Shown here piece by piece: positions 35,366-49,500 of a stretch of DNA of 64,000 bases. The notes beneath the pieces were generated by a model. The model saw only the letters and a list, made by a program, of their open reading frames with translations, searched no databases and was not told where the DNA came from. Every line of letters starts with the position of its first letter. The first letter of the stretch is position 1. The position numbers were made by a program, and so were the translations under genes. The DNA is from Botryllus schlosseri (taxonomy: Eukaryota): the NCBI GenBank assembly GCA_051294905.1, contig CM119384.1, forward strand, positions 11,718,001 through 11,782,000, in the 5' to 3' direction.

Positions 35366-36047
35366 AGGATCAGACAATTTCGCCTGAAATATTATATATT
35401 GGCAAGATGATACTCGCACATGCCACAGAAACCTGAACAACAAACGAGAAAACTGATATTAAAAATAATTATTGCTGAATTGTGCACATTCATGGAAATT
35501 TGGGATAACCCAAAAAGCAAAACGTGATACAGAATTGCAGTTTAGTCCAATAGAGGTAAATTGTAATGCAGGAAGAATAGTTTCTCTGCATGCTCACGCT
35601 CACCCTGTTAAACTAGTCCTGCAAATAGTAAATCTGGCACGTATCGCCCTTTGCGTCGACGATTTCTTGAGATTGAGAACACGGAGCATTGAATTTCCAA
35701 TATTTTTGAATTTTTTATTTTTTAAATATCGGCGGCGATAATATGTACTATTCAATCCCAAACAAGCAAACTTACGTGATTTAATTTCATCGATTAGCAC
35801 CTATTCCTATCTCATATGTACATCAAAGCCATATATAACGTTACATATTATACGAGAACGATAGACGCTGTTGAATGCCCCCCCCCCCCCTTCCAAGTGC
35901 GATATAAAAGCCATCAACTGGTGCTTACGTAGCGCGAGGTGCGCAGCGGCACATTACTTTAGTTTAGAACAAACCGGTGGAACATCGTGTTGGGAGAATG
36001 GAAAAGTTGCAATTCAATCACAAACACATCGACACAAAACGCTTTTA

Positions 36048-36170
36048 TGGTTGTTGTTGTTGTTGCTGTTTGTTTTATTCAGGTGTTTGTCGACTACAAT
36101 GGTCATGGTCATTCACACCATAGGCCGATATTCGTTATTTCTGATTCCGTAATTGCTGACTTGTAGCACG
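36048..36170 (-). mobile_element. SINE family A 3' fragment with (GTT)n tail
   Basis: gttgttgttgttg followed by gtttgtcgactacaatggtcat...ggccgatatt...gattccgta...gacttgtagcacgg. Confidence 0.7.
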
Positions 36171-38929
36171 GAAAAGGAAACACACTTATTGTCGGTAAAG
36201 TCATGGATTGATATACTTTAAGCTTCGGGAAATCTTCAAAATATATTTCAGCAGATTGATACGAGGCACTGGAGGCAGATTGGAAAACTATGATAATCGC
36301 AAGCATTCATAGCAAACGCATGAATGCATCACCTATTTGAAGCACATGATACATATTTTGACACCATGAATACTATTCTTGTATACTTTCTGCCGCTATA
36401 TTCGTTAATAAACCAAGGGAAAATGTTGATCACAAATCTCACCGTTTGGAAGGCCAGTTTCATTTTGATCACCAAATATACATTATATATATTATATGCA
36501 CGATGGACGTTTTTCCGATTTAATTTCGATTCTACGCCCTGACATATAGTGGTGACATGAAGCGCCATTGGTATAGCTATACCTACCCCTACGGCCGATT
36601 AAAATGATTGCTTTAGAAAATGACAAGTTCAGCTAATTGTGTGTTCACGCACTGCAGCGTACTCCTCACATATGCCCAAAATCATGCAATATTTATCGAC
36701 TGCATATTGTGAGAATCCGTTCTCTGGTAATATCGCAAAAGAAGTATCCTTTTATCCAATAATCTGGCCGTCGCAATTATTGTTTGAACGTGTCTGAACC
36801 AGGAGTCTTGTGTATCCCGCTGTGAGAAATAATGCGTGGTCAGGTCCCAATCAGGTGTCGATGAACGTATCTCCCGGAAATACCAACTCAGAAATGACGC
36901 AAATATGCATATGTGACGATGCCTATGTGTTCGATGGCTGTGTAGTGTGTAGTGTACAGAGTAGAACAAGACAAGATACCATTACACGCTTCTCTCGCGC
37001 GAACGGAATCTTAACTCGAATTGCGTAACGTGGCTAATGGGTTTCATATTATTTTGGAAACAACCTCGTTCTCTTGAGCATTGAATGGTCACAAGGGTGA
37101 CACAAGGGTGTCAGGCTACTCCATTAGCAATGACTTTATATTCTTGTCTAAATGTGTGGCATATGTATGCTTCATACGAGGTGTACGGAATGGATAGCAC
37201 TGCCGATTTGTCTGCGGTTCAGAACATCATTCATAGGTGAGAACGTGGAGGCAAGATGTGTTATGTGCGCAGTGCGCACTCGGCAATCAACAAAGTCGCT
37301 CGGAAAGTGATACTTTTGGATCAAATATCAGCTAGCTATACACGGTTTACTCCAATTTAAGCGACTGCTTATAAGCCAAATTGTCCATGCCGATTGATGC
37401 AGATCATTGTTTGCAAAATACTCGCTTGAGAGTATTCTGCATCACCGCACGTTGCCGTCGGTAGGCATACGCAGTATATGATACACGTATTGCAATTACA
37501 ATGAGAGGTATTCGAATGCGGATAAATAAGGAACTGAGAAATGTGTAATTACCTCATTTATCTCTTATCACTGGACGTGCGCATCAGCACGATAATATAT
37601 TCATAATCGTCCAAAATTGAACAAATAATAATGTAAAATTGTAATTAGCCATGTCGTCGTCTAGTTTGCGCGACAGAGAGGCATTACCAAATAAAATTCC
37701 AATGCTAAATGGCGGCAATTCTTCAAGAATATTACACTGTGGCAAAGAGTACAAGTTCTCATAGTGTTGCTATGTGATTAATTGTGACGTTTTTCGCTAT
37801 TGCTGCGCTGTAATTGTTGAATTCTGCTAGAGAGGGGTTTATGTCATATTACCGTATCTACGTATTAAGACCGTTAGGACCAACCTGGGAATTTAATATC
37901 AGGTCAACCTATTCGGGCTTAGGAGAGAAAAATGAAAGAACGCAAAGTTTGACCTCTTGACAATCGCTGGTTTAGGCTTTCGCCGGATGTGGTGTATTAA
38001 TGCTAGGTTACACTCATCTGGGTATCATTGTATCAATGCGAGTGACGCGTCGGTGCAAGAGATAAAAGATGGAAACGGTGTACTATCAATATATTTATAT
38101 ACCTGTGATCTCGTTGCTTCTCGTCAGTTTGCCGCTTGGAAAGGATGGATGTACTGTGTTTGAGTAGCTTCACGCTATCTCGGGATTCGGCGCAGCGTAT
38201 GCTTCGTTCGCTGTGGGAATTATTTCACTGTTAATTTTGAGATATGGCGAGAACGGGGCTCTTTGAAAGACGTTGCATTCGAAATCCAGTCATTGTCTAG
38301 AACCGGTTGTCGAATTGAATAGTCTGACAAAAACGGCCTCATCCTGGTAACCCAGCGTTACTCAATTGAAAATAACCCATCGACATGTAGCCTACAGATG
38401 AATGTTTCATTCGCGAAATTGCCTTGGAAGTGGTCATAATTTACTGTAACGCGCTTAGACCGAAATACTCCTGTCTGTGGGTAACTTGTTTTGACTGATC
38501 GAATTCAAATGAGCAAATGACCGCTATTTGTTAGGCTTTAAATATGATTGTGATTGTGAATAATGATTATGCTCATTTTGGTTGGACCCTAAGAACGTGG
38601 CCAACTATCAAACTGTTCTGTGGTTTAACTATGGTCCACGTAACTACTATTACATAATCGATACAGTCTAAGTCAGATAAAAATGAATAATCCACAAAGT
38701 GCAAGTGCATAAGACCTTAGAAAGAGCAGTGGAAATGTTTCGAGAATCTGATTCACATTGTTACGCGACCCTACATATCCGATATAAAACAAGAATCGAA
38801 TATTGCATGTTGATTTGTCAATGTTGCGGTGACACAGGCAAATAATAGCGGTAGCCTGATTGTCGCAGTCACTAGATTGACGACAAATTAAAATACATTA
38901 TTGTGTACGGGTACAGTCATGAAAAATCA

Positions 38930-39110
38930 TATCTGGCAATAATTTGTCTAAATTGAATTGTTTGCGGTATTTTCTCGAATAATGAAACGAACGCAAGCCA
39001 CGACTTCGGAAGTACAGCGGCAATTCATGTTTAAGGAAGAATGCCTCGGCGACGAGCGTCTTATTATGGAAAGTAATCGTTTTAGCGATAATTGAGTGAT
39101 CCAAAAGCGT
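38930..39110 (-). mobile_element. Possible decayed Penelope-like GIY-YIG C-terminal fragment
   Basis: HNWTLLDHSIIAKTITFHNKTLVAEAFFLKHELPLYFRSRGL loosely fits the H..w....il.......kr...Ea..Ik...P.lN...G pattern. No clear GIY-YIG core. Confidence 0.3.
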
Positions 39111-40587
39111 CCAATTATGCGTAACAATGGTTTCTTGTTCGCGCGTTCGACTTCATCACAAACGCCGAAGCAGGAAAGAACATCTCCACAGTCCACATTC
39201 GTAGCCGGAATGTTTCAAGTAACTTGTAATGCTTGCTATGAAGTGTCCAGTCCGCCCGTATACTGCTTGAGTAATATTTAAAATCAACATATATAAAGAG
39301 ACAGGGGAGGTCATAAATTAGTTTCATTTCCATTCATATGGCAATTTTATATAGCAGCGTATTTAATGTATTTCGTGTCTGAAATATCAACCAGTTTAAA
39401 TAATTTGGAAGCCACTCTGGTATCGTATTTTTCCTATTAAACCATCCAACGTTCAACGCTGTATTCTGTATTGAAATTCGCGAATTGGTAGTATTGATTT
39501 GTGATATTTGTTGTTCGGTAGCGTTTCGTAGTCTATGAGTTCTCAAATTTAGTACTCGGCGTGTTCATTGTGTCGTGTGGATTCGCACGTACTCAAAGGA
39601 TGCCACTGAGGGGGCTTTTTGTTTCCACTATATTCCAGAATTTCACTTTTCTTAATATTGGTCATTGTTCATCGCGCTGTAGGATATCTAAAACCGACGT
39701 AGTATTGGGGACGTAATGTTTGTGTTATGACGGTATAGGCCTATCGAATAACGCTGATTCATAACTGTTTCTGTATGGGCTTGGTGTACAATAAGGACAA
39801 TCAGTATTAAATTGCATTCCGATAAACTGAAGTCGACTGATGGTAAATATCAAACACTTTGCGGCAATGTCATTGTTGCTGCTACAAGTATAAACGTCAT
39901 CATGCGCTATTAGATTACTTGATTTTCACCTACGACCTGTAAGTTCATCACAATCCGCGAAATCACTCCATCCGAGAATGACTCTTCTAATTATTACCTC
40001 GTCGCAGTCGTCGGTCGTTCTGATAGAAAGTTATCACTTTTGATAGTGATAGACATCCGCTTCGCTTATCATAGCAAAAAGCCTGTGTGTGAAGCAACCC
40101 AGGCTTGGTAATTCTACCGGACGCACGATTGTAGAGGGGTGTAGAAAAGAAATCAGTTGGGAAGATTACTATGATGGTACAATATCGCTTCACCGCTGTT
40201 AATGGAGTGGTTTAGCAAGAGTTTATCGTGCATGTGAAAGTTTTGTAGTAAAACGCGGATACCAACCTGGCAGCGCAGTGGTACCGCAAGTATAATCCAC
40301 TACTCAGTTGGCAGATTTAACATGAGTTGGTCTGTTCATTCAAGCCCGCCCTTCCACCACCAGAGTGTATTACACGGTACCAAATCTCCATGGTCTATAT
40401 GTCTCTTGGCTGATTCATGTAAATATGATTAATCAAATGCATCCTGCGGTGGACCTGATGCAATGATATTTCCCTTTAGTATTCAAGCTGAAGAAATCGT
40501 ATACCTAAAAATAAATACTATTGAAGAAGAGCCCAAGGAGAGCCTCTTCGTCGATAGACTGAGAAAACGCAGGGCGAAGCGTCTGCT

Positions 40588-43500
40588 ATGACTTGCCGGC
40601 TATTGACCGCAACCATAGTTGCTGTCCAACTGTTTGCAGCCGCACAGACCGAAGATTACGTCTATCCGAAAGTAAAAAGCATCACGCCACACGACGGCAG
40701 CTACGAGGGTGGAACACGATTATACATTCACGGGGAAGGTGAGTATTTAACCCCAATTTCTCTACCGGCACAGTCGGAGCTGAAGCGTTTGCGATTTAGG
40801 ATTTTCATCAAGCGGTAACTTCGGTGCCGCTGGAGAAAGCCCAGATCTGGGAAACAAAGCATATTTTGTCAGCGACTTCGAAAGCGTTCCTTGCGATGTC
40901 GAAAATGACGCGAGTCACGAAACCATGATCGTATGTTATACCAGGTATGGCAGTTCTGATGATGCTATTATATCTATAAAGATATGTTCAAACATCCGCT
41001 ATCTATTTAGCGCAGATATCGGAATCGCATGAATGACATAAAAGTCCCAATCTCTTATAATTTTAATTGTATTGATGACACAAATAATAATAAATCATTT
41101 GGAAAAATACAATCGCCCATAGTGATCAGTCTAGGGCGAGTTTTTATTGCAGTCAAATCCGTGGAAAGTTGCGTTTATTTTTCACAAAAGTTGCAGGAAA
41201 AAGTTGCATTTATTTTTCACAAAAACTGCACTAAAAAGTTGCATTTATGGACAAGTTCCTTGAAATTATTAGGGTATGACATAGTCGAATCAATCCATAT
41301 GCAAGGTGCTGTAGCAAAACTCAGTGTTGGCGACTTCAACAAAATTAAGAGCCCCAGTGAAAATATAATTTCCGGTGGTCTCGCCTGAATGTACGTCAAA
41401 TCAGAAAGGACCTCGAATTAAAACGGCGGTGAAATAATCAAGTGATCTATTTTCATATAGTGCCAAATATTTCCAGCAAAAGAATAGTTGCATGAAAAGT
41501 CGAAAAACGTAGCAATAAGTTGCATGAAATATCGGAAAAATATGCAAAAAGATGCATAAATGAAAAAAATGGACAAAAAGTTGCGATATGAAGATTCCCC
41601 AAACAGCTTAAAACACCATACTACATAACTTCTGAGCATTTAGGAAGCTGTAAAAAAATGTTGCGAAAATTGCAAAATTTGCCCTGGGATCACCAACCTA
41701 GTATATGCATGTGCATTATGCGCCTTCATAGTTTATAACAGTGAAGTAAGCATCAATACTAATTGCAAGTTCATCTGTTTGATATGCGCATCAAGAAAGG
41801 AATATGACCATGCAACTGCGAGACCTATATGTCTATACGGCCTCGGATCTGAATGACTTTGTTCCGGTTTAGAACTATTAAATCAATTGTCAGCGGCGAC
41901 CGGCGATAACCAACAATTATAGATACCGAAAACTACGCCAGGCCATTTGGACATTGCACTGCTCTGATCAAGCTCGTAATTAATACCCGGTAATCAGTCA
42001 AGTAGATCTCTCTATTAGTGCGACGGTTACATCTTGCGTTATGTTAAAATTGCATCCACGATGACGTTGTAGCGGAAACGCCGCTAAAAGATGTATCACG
42101 CTTCGGCATAAAATTTATTCGTAACACCTGAAGGTACTTAGAGCCCAGCGGATCGGCTAGCACATCGTCAGTTTCCCTGCACTAATTGTATCTTGGTGAG
42201 TTGAACAGCAGTGGATTCGGGGATGTTGGCTGATGCGGAACAATAAATTTTAAATGTCTAGTGATAATTTGCATCCGCAGCGCGTTTTAAAAACAAGCTA
42301 CCGGTTTGGAGAGGCTTTCCAGAAAGCCATATTTTATCGGAGCAGTTGGTAATGCTCGCTAACAAAGGTTTCCAGTTATTGTGCTATAGTTATTAGTCGC
42401 GCACTCAACAATCTGCCAATGCCTTGTGTGCTAATTGGTGTCGGTCCAGTATGTTTTAATCGTGCTCTCGATGCAGTGATGCCAATATTACAATCCGACA
42501 AATCTGAAAGTTGCAGTGTTTTCAAGAATTAACTTACTTCGAAGCGGTAACTAATGGCAATAAAAACAGCCCATTACTGCTAATAATCATTGGTACGGAA
42601 ATGAGGAGGTAATTTCAGTTCCGCGTCTTGCTACCAGCCCATCCGGACAATAAAAATGTTTTTAAACAGCCTCGAGCCGATATCTCTCGATATGAAACAA
42701 ACGTGTCGGATTCAATCTGTGGTCTCAATCTCCACTGTTCATGCTAGCGAACCAGTGTGAAAGGGATAAGTTATACTGGACACAATACTTCATTTGCAAC
42801 ATCGTCACAGTCTTACATATGATCACTATATATATATTGTGTCTTTCTAGATAAAGCGAAACTCTAATATAATGGCCACTCAATCCCGTTATCACACTAA
42901 TATCCATTTTCATAACTTCATTCACTAAATGTCACAATTCTGGACAGATAGAAGTCTCCGCCCACTAATGCGATTCAAATTAGAATCCGAAAATGCATTC
43001 TCAAAGTATCCAATATGAATTTGATCTAACGCGAAATTGTGACAGATATCATGAAAGTGGATGCAGCTACTCCGTATGTATATTCATCATAAATATACAG
43101 TAAATATGTCCGCCACATTGTACTGGATTTCCGCCATTTTGCGTGGGTTGCGTGTAAAGAAGTATATAGCTCAGACCATCGAGATATGGTATCCTTCTAC
43201 AAACATTGCCGAATGTTCTTTGTCTTCATGGAAACCTGTACGTTCGCCAGTTTTAGATTTGGGTTTGGAAACATCCCATCGATGCCGTACAATTTCACTT
43301 CAAATCGTCTGACCGCCATCAAAACTACCCGAGGTACGAGACCATGTCACCTGTTAAGCTATCGCCCGCACTGTATCGTTTAACATTCCCCAATAAAGCA
43401 AATAAGAGTTATGGCAGTAATCCTATTATATGATTGCCAAACTGTCACAATATGACAAATCTCGCCGAGTTTACAATTGAATGTACTCTGTCCAAACAGC

Positions 43501-46500
43501 ATCAATAACATTTTATATACTCAAGAAACCGTAAAGTTTATTTATATGTAATAGGGCGCAGTGTAATATCCTTTCGGCGTGGTTTGAAATAGCAGTAAAT
43601 ATTTACTTGACTTTATAAAGTATGGGCAGCGGTCACAGTAAAAAAGAATACAGCGGTCCTATTTCGAAGGTCATCGGGATCTGGTTGATGCAGCGTTTGC
43701 AAAGTTGAACCACGAGTTGACCTTTATACCAAGTATACATCCGATTCGTCGACGTACATTCGCAACATGACCAATTGATCATAGATTACAAATTCCAACA
43801 AGACTGTATATTACTAGGGCAGAGTAAAATCGAGTACCGAGTGATTCGAATCCGAGACGCGTCGAGCCGGATAGAGGAGTATCTCTCGTTATTTCGCCAT
43901 AAAACTAAAACAGAGTGAGGGCGGATATCATAAGTTGGATTTTATCGATAAAGTGGATTATCGTGTGCATCAGGATTTAACATCCCAGGATTAAGGGAGT
44001 CGGTTGATCGCAGAGCATTAATTTAGTTTTGATCTCATGATTTAACAAAGCGTAACAAACTATAAATAATAGTTATCATCTATAAAAATTGCGTAGAGTG
44101 CGTAACATTCCTACGCGCAAATAGTTCCGATAATGACCGTGACGATTGTCTCCTATAGGCAGGGTTGCCATGCCGTCCTTATTTCTAAGATTTGTCCTTA
44201 TTTTGAAGAGCCACGTCTTAGAAAACTCAACTGTCCCTATTTCTAAGAAATGTCCTTGTTTTCGACTTATTTTCAACAACTACAGAACTTCGATCATTTT
44301 CCTCTGGTATCTGTGTTGCAATATCTGCAATTGTGACATTGACCTGGAGGCCATATGAAAAAGACCGCTATTTCAACTTATATTGATACCCCAAAACACA
44401 AGAAGTGTGTCAGCTGCTGCTGAGGATACCTGGGGCATTCCATGCTGACAAAAATCAGCAATCATTCCTCACCAACGATTGCACATCGCAATATTCCCCG
44501 ATTATAACATCTCAAGGAGTTTGCTTCGGCCAGGACCAAGACTACCAGCTTTGTTACTGGAGGTCTTGCTCCATACACTCAAAAATGATTTTGTCTGAAC
44601 TTGGTGTACAGCCTTTTCCCATATTTTTTTACGCCTCCAATCACAGCGATGTGAAGAAGTTTGGTTTATCCCCCTATGGGAGCCCGAGACCATCATATTG
44701 CTTTTTGGGGGGGAGGGGTGACGAAGTGCTGTTTCGGCCCTGAGTAAAGGTAAACCTAGACCTGAGCGGTCGTGAAATCAATGAAGCACATTCTGATAAC
44801 AAGGAGTTGCTGGAGCAGATTGTTTCTGGCGAAAGTATGGAAAATGATATGCCACGCCTCGTATAAATACACAGTATTTAAGAAAACGCTTTTAAATGCC
44901 AATCTAATTTTTCGACTGTCCTTATTTTTGGGTCCATGTCGATGGCAACCCTGCCTATAGGTAATGGCTTCACTGAACAATTAGATTATTAGACAATCAA
45001 CGGACTATGCACCGACAATTGCAGAGCAATATATCTATCAATATTCTATAATCCATCTCTTTGCTGTACATTACTGATAACGCACGACTTTCATTTCGCG
45101 ATGATGATAGTTCTACCTATATTATAGTCGCAGTATCTTTATCAGCAGCCTGCCGTTTCATTCAACAAATTGGCAACTGACAGCCAAAATCGCGTTTTCG
45201 CATTATGATGCAATAGATAACACCACTTAATTGAAAACTCGGGACACCTCTAGTAATCATCGCACGTAACTTTTTCCAAATTTATGCGTCGCGATTTGTA
45301 GTTCTTAATCACACGCATGAACTAACTTTATGATCTCCGCCCAAAATGCGTCCCTATTAGCAGTTTTAGTCACATGATTAGCATTCTCCCGGATCATCTA
45401 ACTTTATGATCTCCGCCCTTAAAGTGTTCAAATGTACTTTTTATGCGATCACGAATACATAATTCCATCTCCACTATATTGATGAATTAATTCCAATTTA
45501 TTGACACAAGTTTATATCTCATAGCGATCTACGACAATAAGGCATGTTCCTCATTGCTGCACTGGTGTGTCGTTAATGTGAACGTGGGTAGATTTTTGCT
45601 CCATATTTTGAATGATATGATACCTCGCGTCGAAGTTTAACGCAGGCAGGGCCGCAACTGCCGCACCCCAAACCCCCCAATTGGGGGGGGGCCCGAGCTC
45701 GAAGGGGGCCCCAAATTTTTTGGTGAATTAGCATAAATTATAGAGTATTTTTTTGAAACTTTATGCAACATTTTCACAAATTTTTCGCACTGCGCGCGAT
45801 TTCAAGTTGCCAAATGTTATGATTATTGGGTACTCTTACCCCAGTGAAAAATACACAAGATTTATAGAAATGGGCATATCGGCGTTGGCCATTACCGCGT
45901 CGCGACACACCAAGACATATACAGTTTTAGGCCATGTAACACGCGACTCCAAGAAGCGTGCCAGAACGATCGGCAGCGAGAAACCTTGACAGAAAAGGAC
46001 TGCCCTTATGGTGGCCGAAAACTTCGTTATATAGGCTATAGGCTACGAAATACATATAGGTTTATTTGTCCATAGTCGCCTAAATGACTGGCGCCGAATG
46101 TTCCTGTCTTGGTAATCTGAACCTCATGGGACAGATACCATCCCGCAGCGAAAAATTAGATGCCGGTGAAGAAATACCAATTTGAAATCGTGTGATCTTT
46201 TAGTTTAGTAGGCTACGTTTGGGCGATTCTATATTTTTTGATATAGCAGACAGGAGGTCACGAAATAACATCATGTAACGAAGTCATACCAATGAGTCCG
46301 CCCGTCAGAAGATGTTTAATTATTATTTACGGGCTCTACAGTTTCAAAGACATCTCACTCAGCTCTACCTGTAAATCTGATTTCGTGAGTAGAGAGGACA
46401 AGAAATTGATAGCAATATATATGCAACTTCCGATCTTATTGACCGATTTTATCATCAATTATCAAAAATTTTCGTGCGTCGCGCTGGCTAGCTGAACTGT

Positions 46501-49500
46501 ACAACTGTAATTACGTGACAAACGCGAACAACGTGATTGGGGGGGTCGGTTTATCACCCTATGGGAGCCCAAGACTCAAGGTTTTAGAGGCCTGACGAAG
46601 TGTTGTTTCGTTCCTGCCAACGGGTATACACCCGGAGATGTTCAATTATTATTGAGGGGTCCTACCTTTTCAAGTACACTTTACTCAGCTCTACCGGTAA
46701 ATCAGATTACGGGAGCAGAGAGAGGATAAAAATTGATAGCAATATATAAGTAATACCGACCATATTGACAGATTCAGTCATGTATATAGAAATTTCTCGC
46801 GCTTCGCGCGATTTAGCAAGCGAAACTGACTCACTAAACGGACACCCCATGTATAAACAGCGTCATATTGACGTATTAAGTCGTGAATTACAAAATATTC
46901 TCGCGCTTTGGCGCGATTAGGCAAGCAAAACAGACTGACTAAACGGACAACCAATAATGAAGGAGCGTACACCTTATGCAAACAGCGTATAATGGGAGGG
47001 GGGTCTGGGGGGCTTCGCCCCCCAGAAGTTAGGTTTTCCACCCTATGGGGGGCCCGAGACCAACGTTTTGGGGGGGGGCCTGACGAAGTGCTGTTACGGC
47101 CCTGAACGCAGGTGGAATAAATTTTTGGAACACATATTCTCTTTCATATGATAATAAAGGATGTAGAATTCTGGTACTCCAAAACGTCGACAGGAACTAA
47201 ATGCATGGGGTGGCGAGATAGCGTAGTGGTATAATCCAGCTGCAACGCCAATAGGTTGTGGCTTCGAGTTCGACCAAGGTCGATTCCATAATTCCTACCT
47301 AAGTGTCGGAGGTTTATCTAGGCTCCTCCTCGCCACCTCATCCGTGAAAGCGGTGTTTTAAAAAGCCTAGAAGTGGCCGTGTTACAAGCCGCTAGTTACG
47401 GAATAAAAAATAGCTAATATCGGCCTGGTGTAAATTACCATCGCAGTCCACAAACGCTATGAATACCACAAAAAACAACAACAATAACGACATCAACTAA
47501 ATGGGCACATCCACAATCAATGAGTTGAATTGAATTTTATATGGCACCAAGTATGTAATGATTCGCGTCGATAAGTGAGGCAAGATTTCTTTCGAGAACT
47601 GAAATTAAACGAGAATTAGTTCCGGCGCCTTCTTCTCAACTTTGAAACCTTGAAACTCCAATTGATCGTATCACAGCATCCAAAACGTATAGTACAAAGT
47701 TACACAGTTATTTGAAATTGTGTGTTCCGTGAAGTCATGATCGACCCATATAACATTGTCACGAATTTAAATTAAATATTGGTACGGTCGAAAAGAGACA
47801 GAGTCTTTAGAGAGAGAGTCTTTATTTTCATCCAACCAAAATACATAACACACGGCAGTGATGGTGGTACAGAAAATATGCATGCACAGTATTCGGTATT
47901 ACATAGGATTGATCGATAAGACCGTGAAGGTCATCTAGTCTGATCACATCAGCAAATAATCTTTATGGGGTGTAGATCTGGCGTTATTTAGTTTGTGGTC
48001 GCATAAAATGCACCTATTTCAGCTTTCTGCATTATCCATACTCGTATGACGTCATAATGATTGATAATTGGAAATTCGATTCCGCACAGCCCTAGTGTTA
48101 ACGTTGTATTACTGCAGCTCTGAAACTGGCCCGAAGGCTTACTTTCTGCCCTCAATACTTTTAGGCTCAATTTATTGCTTCGTCTAACATAAAAATTTGA
48201 CTGGAGGTCACGTGCGGGATTCGGCACTATTTAGTCTACTTTCAGGGTTTCGACTAGCATGTATAAAGTATATAGTATATATTCTATTTGAGAATGAATT
48301 GGTAATAAAATTATTGCAAAATCGTTTCGACGACTGTAATAGAATGGCAATGAAATCGCAATCACAGCGACAGCGCGCAACGAATTTGTTACGGGCCTGT
48401 CACCGTACGCTATACGTTGTAATGATCAGAAATTTAAATCAGTTGCTCTTATAGCGATGAAAACAGTTTACGCAATCGATTCTAGGGTTCGCGTGTGACA
48501 GGATGGAAGTTGGGCAGTATGTTAAATATGTGACTGATACGCTGGCTGGTTGATTTCAAATGGTTCGTTTGGTTTATACGATGACTTACCGAATTTATGT
48601 GAAATGCTTCGATTTAATAGATCCGATGCCATTGTATTGTGTAATAAAATTGTTTGATGACCACTGACCGTACGTGTTGTTATGATATCGGAGTAAAATA
48701 TTGTAATAACCATGCTCCAGAGTCCAGATTACCAATTGAACTAGGTTGCCGACAGAAATAGGTCATCACGCTCTTCTTTGAGATCATCTCGAGAGTTTAC
48801 TCAACACCTGGTTGCTATTTGTGGGCGATTCGCTATCGTACCAAATAGACGCAATTCCCAACAACGGTATTGTTCAAAATACACCTTTAACCCCGTTTCT
48901 AAATATATTGTTGCGAGGTCAACTGAAATTGGTAAAGATATGTTTATTATCACGCGGTTTGATTAAGGTATGTTACCTTTGAAGGGGTTGTCACGCTTGG
49001 GCTGTTTATTTAACTTCGACGTATTCACTGATTGTTTGTGTTTGTGTATCTTGGATTGCACAGAGCCCTAATTCTCGTCGTCTGTATATGTATGGCAAGG
49101 AATCTCTCCCAAATTAGAAAATAAAATATATCCTAATATTTTGATCCTATATTAAATAAAGCTTCATAAAGTCTCAATGAAAGTAACAATAATAGCAACA
49201 TAACATTTTCTCAATATTGTCACATTAGCAACAAGTTATGTAAGTGAAATGTTTTGAAGGCCGACTGACCTTTCCAGTTCACTGATGTTTCTCTATTTAG
49301 AATTTGTATGTCAGGCGTGGTGTCGCAAGCCTAAAATATTTAGGGTTACCATATTTTGAGATGCGGAAAGAGGGCACCTATTACAAGTTACAAAAGATAT
49401 GATAGCGGACGAGAATGCGGGTAATTTAAAAGAATTCTGAGAAAATATTATTGGGTTGACAAAAAACAAGTCATTTTTTGCTACACTACTCCCGAAACAC

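Noticed and set aside
41100-41700. Element with gttgcat subterminal repeats and a right end ...gggatcaccaaccta
   Set aside because: Probably a MITE, but a matching left TIR and TSD could not be identified.
47207-47280. tRNA-like sequence (also at 59405-59470)
   Set aside because: A and B boxes are present but there is no cloverleaf, and each continues into a repeat body: SINE heads, not tRNA genes.
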